Positions 10,285 to 16,014 of a stretch of 16,014 bases of DNA are shown in pieces; positions within the stretch are counted from its first letter, which is position 1, and each line of letters opens with the position of its first letter. The translations under genes and the position numbers were made by a program. Source of the stretch: a virus (lineage: Duplodnaviria > Heunggongvirae > Uroviricota > Caudoviricetes); IMG/VR virus record IMGVR_UViG_2660238499_000006, positions 1 to 16,014 of that record; one strand, 5' to 3'. A model generated the notes under the pieces. The model did no database searches. It had not been told where the DNA came from and saw only the letters and a program-made list of their open reading frames with translations.

Positions 10285-11148
10285 ATGAAAGCAACTAACG
10301 TTAAATCAGAAAAAATTTATGCACCTTCAGTTCAGGAATCGGAACTGGTGGTTGTTCAGAATCAGCCGGATGAAATTCCCGTTCTGGAATGGCAGGGAGT
10401 ACGTGTCGTGACAACCGAAACTCTTGCTAGAGGGTATGGGGTCGATGAAGCCAATATTCGCAACAATTTGTCTCGCAACCTTGACCGCTTTGAAGAAGGT
10501 AAGCATTACTTTCTTCTAACTGGTTTAAAATTAAGAGAATTTAAGAACAGAGTAACCGGAAGTTACTCTGTTGGTAAGAACGCCAGAAGCCTTACACTCT
10601 GGACAGAGCGCGGCGCTGCACGCATGTCTAAGATCGTGGACACAAATGAAGCGTGGGCATTCTTTGAAAAACTGGAAGACAGCTACTTCCGACAAAAAGA
10701 ACAGCAACCGATCGCAATCCCCCAGACGCTTCCAGAAGCTCTGCGCCTGGCTGCCGAACTGGCTGAACAAAAGCAGCTTCTGGAACAGAAAGCCCACCAG
10801 CTAAATCAGCAGCTGGTGGCCGCCGCTCCTAAAGTCGATTTTGCCGACCGGGTATCAGTAGCTAAAGGGATCCTGATTGGGAATTTTGCAAAGGTTGTTG
10901 GACTTAAGCAAAACGCGCTGTTTGCCTGGTTACGGGAGAACGGCATCCTGATAGCGTCCGGTGGACGTAAAAATGTGCCGTTCCAGCAGTACATCAATGC
11001 GGGGTATTTCACGGTGAAAGAAGTGATGCTGGATGATGAAGATGGCTACCAGATACGGTTGACGCCTCAATTAACGGGTAAAGGCCAGCAGTGGTTGACG
11101 CGTAAACTGCTCGATGCTGGCTTGTTAAAACCGGTGGCGGCTGAATAA
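10285..11148 (+). CDS. Phage antirepressor-like protein (N-terminal ORF6N/Bro-N-like, C-terminal KilAC/Ant-C-like), Ant2-sized (287 aa)
   Basis: Strong SD AGGAGG 8 nt before the ATG at 10285. ...PVLEWQGVRVVTTETLARGYGVDEANIRNNL... and C-terminal ...FADRVSVAKGILIGNFAKVVGLKQNALFAWLRENGILIASGG...YINAGYFTVKEV... are antirepressor-type domain patterns. The frame stays open upstream to 10066. Confidence 0.6.
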   Translation: MKATNVKSEKIYAPSVQESELVVVQNQPDEIPVLEWQGVRVVTTETLARGYGVDEANIRNNLSRNLDRFEEGKHYFLLTGLKLREFKNRVTGSYSVGKNARSLTLWTERGAARMSKIVDTNEAWAFFEKLEDSYFRQKEQQPIAIPQTLPEALRLAAELAEQKQLLEQKAHQLNQQLVAAAPKVDFADRVSVAKGILIGNFAKVVGLKQNALFAWLRENGILIASGGRKNVPFQQYINAGYFTVKEVMLDDEDGYQIRLTPQLTGKGQQWLTRKLLDAGLLKPVAAE

Positions 11149-11155
11149 TGGAAGA

Positions 11156-11177
11156 ATGCCCGGTTGATGCCGGGCAT
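11156..11177. terminator. Hairpin (atgcccgg/ccgggcat) between the convergent ant-like and c1 genes; candidate bidirectional terminator
   Basis: 8-bp stem lying between the ant-like stop (11146-11148) and the c1 stop (11181-11183), with T-rich flanks on both strands. Confidence 0.4.
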
Positions 11178-11180
11178 AAT

Positions 11181-12032
11181 TTATTGCGCGCTTTCGGGGT
11201 TGTCGTTTACTGGCTGCCCCTTCTTGGTTTTACGGCTGCGCGTAACTGATGCGGCTGACTTAACCTTTTTCTCTTCGCGAGTGATGGCAATTTGTTTTTT
11301 TACATTTTCAATATCTGCCAGGCGATATATTTTTGCTTGCGGCCAGCGGTCGCAGATGATCGGTTCTATGGAGTCATAAAGGCTAAATTTTGCTTTTTCG
11401 AATTCACCGTTGATGATAATTCCATCACGGAGAGTTTCATCGCAGATAAACACGCCACACAGTGGCACATGGTAACTAACTGATTTACCATCATTGTAGT
11501 TAGGGCTACTGGAAATGTAGTGGACGCGCAGCATTGTTTCGCTAAAGCCGTGTACGCGCATACGGAATTTTTCATCCTCCGGGTACTGCCTCATTAGCTC
11601 TTTTGTTGCTTCCAGGTTCTCTATGTATTTCGCACTGTGCTCATTGATCCCCGCGCTTTTTTGGATGCGAATGTCCTTATCAATCAGATGAATAATGCGG
11701 CCAGCGGTCATGTTGACGCTGTTCACAGCTTCTGTCTGATAAGTTGTAACCTTGCGCACACCGCGAAGGATGTTAGGCACTGGATATAAAATAGTCTTTG
11801 GGATATTGAGGTCTGGGTACTGTTCCAGTTCCCGCGCCATTAAAGTCCATTTATCAATTTCAGCCTGAATGCTGTCCGTTTCTTTGAACGGTAGAACGAC
11901 AACCGGGCGTACAGGACGACCGTCGCTGGCGGTATCAACGTGTTGGGCGCGTGCAACAGCTTTTTTTAGAAAGAGATCCCTGAAGCTGACGAACTCCTGG
12001 TACAGTTGTTCGCCGTAGACATAATTTATCAT
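11181..12032 (-). CDS. c1: C1 repressor of lysis (primary immunity repressor), 283 aa
   Basis: MINYVYGEQLYQEFVSFRDLFLKK...; length, position next to coi/loxP and the surrounding operators all match P1 C1. Confidence 0.92.
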   Translation of the reverse strand: MINYVYGEQLYQEFVSFRDLFLKKAVARAQHVDTASDGRPVRPVVVLPFKETDSIQAEIDKWTLMARELEQYPDLNIPKTILYPVPNILRGVRKVTTYQTEAVNSVNMTAGRIIHLIDKDIRIQKSAGINEHSAKYIENLEATKELMRQYPEDEKFRMRVHGFSETMLRVHYISSSPNYNDGKSVSYHVPLCGVFICDETLRDGIIINGEFEKAKFSLYDSIEPIICDRWPQAKIYRLADIENVKKQIAITREEKKVKSAASVTRSRKTKKGQPVNDNPESAQ

Positions 12033-12126
12033 TGATCCTCCTCCAGAATTGACATGGTCAATAACGCCCGGCTGAGAAAACCGGTCATTACTGACCTATA
12101 TTATAGAGGGATCAAACAAAAATAAT

Positions 12127-12143
12127 AGATTTATTAGTGCATT
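12127..12143 (-). promoter_or_regulatory. C1 operator (reverse orientation, about 14/17) between coi and c1
   Basis: agATTTATTAGtGCAtT compared with AAATTTATTAGAGCAAT. Confidence 0.5.
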
Positions 12144-12352
12144 TATTGTGAGTCTAACTGGTTAGTTGCCATGAGATATTCGATTGTGTCAGTGAGGTCA
12201 TCCAGGTCGTCTTGGGTGATGCGGTACTCCTGATTGGATATCTTTGAGTAGTGTTCAGCAATGGCGCGGGCAGCGTCGGTTTCGGCAGGGTCTACAGATA
12301 AAGCGTTAGAGCAATGTCTAACGTCGTCGATGGTTGGTTGAATGAAAGCCAT
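12143..12352 (-). CDS. coi: Coi, C1 inactivator, 69 aa
   Basis: 69-aa acidic ORF (MAFIQPTIDDVRH...) directly upstream of c1 on the same strand, with SD GAGG 7 nt before the ATG. Confidence 0.8.
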   Translation of the reverse strand: MAFIQPTIDDVRHCSNALSVDPAETDAARAIAEHYSKISNQEYRITQDDLDDLTDTIEYLMATNQLDSQ

Positions 12353-12590
12353 AATTATGCCTCACTGTATTGACAACACAGAGCCTGAAGCTCTGACCTA
12401 CTGTTTCACCCATGATCCATGCTGGGGTAATCTAACAACATTGCGCTGTGTGTAAGATGAGCAATGCATAGCTGTAATGCCGTTGTATAAGGTTTCCCTG
12501 TTTGCTCATTTCCTTCTGAGCCGCTCTACAACGCTGAAGACACATTAAATAGTGAATCCAAAGTCGTATTACGTAACGGCGGCAAAACTA

Positions 12591-12607
12591 TAATTTATTA
12601 GAGCAAT
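12591..12607 (-). promoter_or_regulatory. C1 operator (reverse orientation, 16/17), overlapped by a minus-strand TTGACA (12609-12614) and a plus-strand TATAAT (12589-12594)
   Basis: tAATTTATTAGAGCAAT. Candidate immC promoter/operator driving coi-c1. Confidence 0.7.
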
Positions 12608-12673
12608 TGTCAAACAACTATGAAAAACAATCCAGTTTTTAGCTGGTGGAGTGGGATTTTTCTCTCAAAATTT

Positions 12674-12690
12674 ATTGCTCTAATAATTCT
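12674..12690 (+). promoter_or_regulatory. C1 operator (ATTGCTCTAATAATTCT, 14/17)
   Basis: Direct match to the operator core, 44 bp left of loxP. Confidence 0.65.
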
Positions 12691-12733
12691 TGATTTTTGT
12701 GCGCAGCTGGACGTAAACTCCTCTTCGGACCTA

Positions 12734-12767
12734 ATAACTTCGTATAGCATACATTATACGAAGTTAT
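12734..12767. other. loxP site (ATAACTTCGTATA-GCATACAT-TATACGAAGTTAT)
   Basis: Exact 34-bp canonical loxP: two 13-bp inverted arms around the asymmetric 8-bp spacer. Confidence 0.98.
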
Positions 12768-12786
12768 ATTAAGGGTTATTGAATAT

Positions 12787-12859
12787 GATCAATTTACCTG
12801 TAAATCCATACAGTTCAATACCTTGGCAGGTCAAATAGTGATCACTTGATCATTTGATC
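12787..12859. promoter_or_regulatory. Cluster of four Dam GATC sites in the cra/cre upstream region (candidate methylation-sensitive promoter)
   Basis: GATC at 12787, 12840, 12848 and 12856; three lie within 20 bp (gtGATCacttGATCatttGATCaagg). Confidence 0.5.
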
Positions 12860-12956
12860 AAGGTTGCGCTACGTAAAATCTGTGAAAAATTGGCGGTGTC
12901 AGTCCTACAGATTTCGCGTAGCGCACTTAGCACCACCAATCAATCAGAGGTGAAAA

Positions 12957-13178
12957 ATGGGATATTCAGCTGCTAAAGTGTCCACTCATCTTGAGCTTGA
13001 GAAAAATCGTGGTTACTGGCGGGCAAAAGGGTTTGATCGTGATAGTTGTCAACTGTCATTATCGCGCGGTGAAGAAAAGATAGAACGCAGTCGCGGTCGT
13101 TGGCGTTTCTATGACGAGAACCATAAACAGGTAAAGGCAGAGCCGATCCTGTACACTTTACTTAAAACCATTATCTGA
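12957..13178 (+). CDS. cra: Cra (cre-associated small protein)
   Basis: 73-aa ORF with SD gaggtg, immediately upstream of cre as in P1. Confidence 0.65.
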   Translation: MGYSAAKVSTHLELEKNRGYWRAKGFDRDSCQLSLSRGEEKIERSRGRWRFYDENHKQVKAEPILYTLLKTII

Positions 13179-13185
13179 GTGTTAA

Positions 13186-14217
13186 ATGTCCAATTTACTG
13201 ACCGTACACCAAAATTTGCCTGCATTGCCGGTCGATGCAACGAGTGATGAGGTTCGCAAGAACCTGATGGACATGTTCAGGGATCGCCAGGCGTTTTCTG
13301 AGCATACCTGGAAAATGCTTCTGTCCGTTTGCCGGTCATGGGCGGCATGGTGCAAGTTGAATAACCGGAAATGGTTTCCCGCAGAACCTGAAGATGTTCG
13401 CGATTATCTTCTATATCTTCAGGCGCGCGGTCTGGCAGTGAAAACTATCCAGCAACATTTGGGCCAGCTAAATATGCTTCATCGTCGGTCCGGGCTGCAA
13501 CGACCAAGTGACAGCAATGCTGTTTCACTCGTCATGCGACGGATCCGAAAAGAAAACGTTGATGCCGGTGAGCGTGCAAAACAGGCGCTGGCGTTCGAAC
13601 GCACTGATTTCGACCAGGTTCGTTCACTCATGGAAAATAGCGATCGCTGCCAGGATATACGTAATCTGGCATTTCTGGGGATTGCTTATAACACCCTGTT
13701 ACGTATAGCCGAAATTTCTAGGATCAGAGTTAAAGATATCTCACGTACTGACGGTGGGAGAATGTTAATCCATATTGGCAGAACGAAAACGCTGGTTAGC
13801 ACCGCTGGTGTAGAGAAGGCACTTAGTCTGGGGGTAACTAAACTGGTTGAGCGATGGATTTCTGTCTCTGGTGTGGCTGATGATCCGAATAACTACTTGT
13901 TTTGCCGTGTCAGAAAAAATGGTGTTGCCGCGCCATCTGCCACCAGCCAGCTATCAACTCGCGCCCTGGAAGGGATTTTTGAAGCAACTCACCGATTGAT
14001 TTTCGGGGCTAAGGATGACTCTGGCCAGAGGTACCTGGCCTGGTCTGGACACAGTGCCCGTGTCGGAGCCGCGCGAGATATGGCCCGCGCCGGAGTTTCA
14101 ATACCGGAGATCATGCAAGCTGGTGGCTGGACCAACGTAAATATTGTCATGAACTATATCCGTAACCTGGATAGTGAAACAGGGGCAATGGTGCGCCTGC
14201 TGGAAGATGGCTATTAG
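13186..14217 (+). CDS. cre: Cre site-specific tyrosine recombinase, 343 aa
   Basis: MSNLLTVHQNLPALPVDATSDEVRKNLMDMFRDRQAFSEHTWKMLLSVCRSWAAWCKLNNRKWFPAEPEDVRDYLLYLQARGLAVKTIQQHLGQLNMLHRRSGL...; start lies 436 bp from the loxP centre, as in P1 numbering. Confidence 0.98.
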   Translation: MSNLLTVHQNLPALPVDATSDEVRKNLMDMFRDRQAFSEHTWKMLLSVCRSWAAWCKLNNRKWFPAEPEDVRDYLLYLQARGLAVKTIQQHLGQLNMLHRRSGLQRPSDSNAVSLVMRRIRKENVDAGERAKQALAFERTDFDQVRSLMENSDRCQDIRNLAFLGIAYNTLLRIAEISRIRVKDISRTDGGRMLIHIGRTKTLVSTAGVEKALSLGVTKLVERWISVSGVADDPNNYLFCRVRKNGVAAPSATSQLSTRALEGIFEATHRLIFGAKDDSGQRYLAWSGHSARVGAARDMARAGVSIPEIMQAGGWTNVNIVMNYIRNLDSETGAMVRLLEDGY

Positions 14218-14234
14218 CCATTAGCGCGCAAATG

Positions 14235-14251
14235 ATTGCTCTAATTCTTTG
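14235..14251 (+). promoter_or_regulatory. C1 operator (ATTGCTCTAATTCTTTG) just after the cre stop
   Basis: 11/11 core match. Confidence 0.6.
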
Positions 14252-14267
14252 GTATTTATGGTGACAT

Positions 14268-14579
14268 GTGAGAAAGGATTTCAACATCGACGGAAAATAT
14301 GTAGTGCTGTCTGTAAGCACTAATATTCAGTCGCCAGCCGTCATTGTCACTGTAAAGCTGAGCGATAGAATGCCTGATATTGACTCAATATCCGTTGCGT
14401 TCCCTGTCAAAAGTATGCGTAGTGCTGAACATTTCGTGATGAATGCCACCGAGAAAGAAGCACGGCGCGGTTTTGCCAAAGTGATGGCCGAGTTTGGCGA
14501 ATTTTTGGGGCACGTTGACAAAGCCCTTTCAATCAGTTCAGCAAGGTCCAAAGCGTTAACAGCTTCCATGCTGAAATAA
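14268..14579 (+). CDS. Hypothetical protein in the c8 position between cre and ref; weak start (GTG, no clear SD)
   Basis: 103-aa ORF. The coding call is uncertain because the adjacent terminator belongs to the opposite strand and the start context is poor. Confidence 0.3.
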   Translation: MRKDFNIDGKYVVLSVSTNIQSPAVIVTVKLSDRMPDIDSISVAFPVKSMRSAEHFVMNATEKEARRGFAKVMAEFGEFLGHVDKALSISSARSKALTASMLK

Positions 14580-14604
14580 AAAAAGCCTGGCAAGGAGCCA
14601 GGCT
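14574..14604 (-). terminator. Strong rho-independent terminator for a leftward (minus-strand) transcript
   Basis: 8-bp perfect stem agcctggc/gccaggct with loop aagga; on the minus strand it is followed by TTTTTTTATTT. Confidence 0.65.
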
Positions 14605-14709
14605 GCACAAAAGAGCGGGTTTGTATTCCGCATTCAATCAATCAAGAAGGAGTATAGTACACAGGTACTGAAGTGAAAAAATGTGATTCGCGATAAACAA
14701 ATAACTTTA

Positions 14710-14739
14710 ATTGCTCTAATTGATTGCTATAATTGAGCC
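14710..14739 (+). promoter_or_regulatory. Two overlapping C1 operators (ATTGCTCTAATTGATTG 14710-14726; ATTGCTATAATTGAGCC 14723-14739) with an embedded perfect -10 TATAAT (14728-14733)
   Basis: Operator cores and the -10 hexamer are read directly; the arrangement resembles the tandem C1 operators reported upstream of ref in P1. Confidence 0.65.
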
Positions 14740-14793
14740 GCAGTTTTTGTCAACTACGAAGACGTTGCCATTACTTCACTCCTTGACATCATT

Positions 14794-14819
14794 GGCGGCC
14801 ATTAGGCCGCCTTTTTTTT
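14794..14819 (+). terminator. Strong rho-independent terminator/attenuator ending 5 nt before the ref ATG
   Basis: 7-bp GC stem ggcggcc/ggccgcc, loop atta, followed by T8. Confidence 0.7.
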
Positions 14820-14824
14820 GCCAT

Positions 14825-15262
14825 ATGAAAACAATCGAACAAAAACTTGAACAGCGCCGCGAGTGGCAGAAGGCAGCCAGAGAACGAGCGATCGATCGGC
14901 AACGGGAAAAGTTGGCTGACCCCGCCTGGCGAGAATCGCAATATCAGAAAATGCGGGATTCTATCGACCGCCGTATCGCTAAACAGAAAGAGCGCCCACC
15001 AGCCAGCAAAACGCGGAAAAGTGCGGTAAAAATAAAATCTCGTGGCTTGAAGGGGCGAACACCGACGGCGGAGGAACGGACCATCGCCAATGCTCTTGGC
15101 ACTCTCCCCTGCATTGCCTGCTACATGCATGGAGTAATATCTGAAGAGGTGTCTCTGCACCATATCTCCGGTCGTACCGCGCCGGGTTGTCACAAAAAGC
15201 AATTGCCCCTTTGTAGATGGCACCACCAGCATGCAGCACCGGCTGAAGTAAGAGGGGTTTGA
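14825..15262 (+). pseudogene. ref: ref (recombination enhancement function, HNH-type nuclease), 3'-truncated by a Tn3-family insertion; the last codons and the stop come from the transposon inverted repeat
   Basis: MKTIEQKLEQRREWQKAARERAIDRQREK... with a Cys/His cluster (CIACYMHGVISEEVSLHHISGRTAPGCHKKQLPLCRWHH). The ORF is 145 aa against the 186 aa I recall for P1 Ref, and the frame runs into the IR starting at 15254. Confidence 0.6.
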
Positions 15263-15291
15263 GGGCCAATGATGTAAAAAACCACGCTAAG
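15254..15291. repeat. Tn3-family 38-bp terminal inverted repeat (GGGGTTTGAGGGCCAATGATGTAAAAAACCACGCTAAG)
   Basis: GGGG...ACGCTAAG architecture; the first 18 bp match the gamma-delta/Tn1000-type IR as I recall it. The tnpA stop codon (15287-15289) lies inside it, as is typical of Tn3-family elements. Confidence 0.8.
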
Positions 15292-15956
15292 GAGGTAATT
15301 CATTGTTTAAATTGAGATTTAACGGCCTCAATTCCCCCTTCATAATATCCTCCGGTAGTGTGAACGTATAATGTCCCAGCATGTTGATATGACCATGCAT
15401 CAGAGGCGAAAGCCGCGCGATATGTTCATCTTCTGGCCCTTCCCCAGTGCTACGCAGGTGCGACAAGGCTTCCTGCATATAAAGCGTATTCCACAGCACC
15501 ACTGCGTTTGTCACCAGACCCAGCGCACCCAACTGATCTTCCTGCCCCTCGCGGTAACGTTTTCTGATCTCACCACGCTGACCGTAGCAAATGGCTCTTG
15601 CCACGGCATGGCGACCTTCGCCCCGGTTAAGCTGTGTTAGGATCCTGCGGCGATAGTCCTCATCATCAATATAGTTGAGAAGATACAGTGTCTTGTTAAC
15701 TCTTCCGACCTCCATTATTGCCTGAGCAAGCCCTGACGGTCGGGTACTTCTCAATAGCGATCGAATGAGTTCTGACGCATGAATTGTGCCCAGCTTCAGC
15801 GAACCTGCAACCCGCATCATCTCATCCCAGTGGCTTTCGATTTTAGAAAGGTCAACACAACCCCGAGCCAGTTCGTCCAACGCCCCGTAATTCGCTGCTT
15901 TGTCAGCCCGCCAGAACACCGCCTCACCAGCATCCGCCAGACGAGGTGAAAATTGG
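15287..15956 (-). pseudogene. tnpA: Tn3-family transposase (TnpA), C-terminal ~220 codons only; 5' part removed by IS26
   Basis: Translation ...IESHWDEMMRVAGSLKLGTIHASELIRSL...LNYIDDEDYRRRILTQLNRGEG...LGLVTNAVVLWNTLYMQEAL...HINMLGHYTF matches the conserved Tn3-family TnpA C-terminus. The frame is cut at the IS26 boundary, with an in-frame stop inside IS26. Confidence 0.8.
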
Positions 15957-16014
15957 GGCACTGTTGCAAATAGTCGGTGGTGATAAACTTATCATCCCCT
16001 TTTGCTGATGGAGC
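15957..16014 (+). mobile_element. IS26 left end (IRL GGCACTGTTGCAAA plus 44 bp of leader), continuing beyond the window
   Basis: GGCACTGTTGCAAATAGTCGGTGGTGATAAACTTATCATCCCCTTTTGCTGATGGAGC matches the IS26 IRL and tnp26 upstream sequence from memory. Confidence 0.85.

Noticed and set aside
14327-14641. Minus-strand 104-aa ORF overlapping the c8-position ORF
   Set aside because: A strong minus-strand intrinsic terminator (14574-14604) lies inside its 5' region, so a transcript could not cover the ORF.
14720-14824. N-terminal extension of ref (ORF track start at 14720)
   Set aside because: The extension runs through the C1 operators, the -10 element and the terminator hairpin; the biological start is the ATG at 14825 (MKTIEQ...).
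14789-15269. Minus-strand ORFs (147 and 96 aa) antisense to ref and a 60-aa plus ORF within it
   Set aside because: These are antisense or alternative-frame ORFs inside a recognisable ref coding sequence.
15371-15640. Plus-strand 89-aa ORF inside the tnpA remnant
   Set aside because: It is antisense to the conserved Tn3-family TnpA C-terminal coding sequence.

Overview
This window is a segment of a P1-like phage-plasmid. A canonical loxP site (12734-12767) lies 436 bp upstream of an intact 343-aa cre, flanked by the immC genes c1 and coi with at least eight copies of the asymmetric C1 operator (ATTGCTCTAAT...). Upstream are the P1-type block hot, humD (with a LexA box), phd-doc, pdcA, pdcB, lpa, pacA and pacB; pacA carries a pac site with 4+3 TGATC(A/G) hexamers. 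Three things depart from what I recall of reference P1. First, a complete Type I (EcoR124-like, type IC) restriction-modification operon hsdM-hsdS-hsdR sits on the minus strand at the left edge, with a perfect 3x 12-bp repeat encoding (TAEL)3 in hsdS. Second, an immI-like module (C1 operator, terminator, structured leader, Icd-like ORF, Ant1/Ant2-like antirepressor with an apparent frame break) is wedged between pacB and c1; this is the best candidate for something undescribed, but its novelty rests on my memory of the P1 map. Third, ref is cut at its 3' end by a Tn3-family 38-bp inverted repeat and tnpA remnant, itself truncated by the left end of IS26 at the window edge. No tRNA, rRNA or CRISPR array was found. 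All homology statements come from reading the translations and from memory, not from searches.
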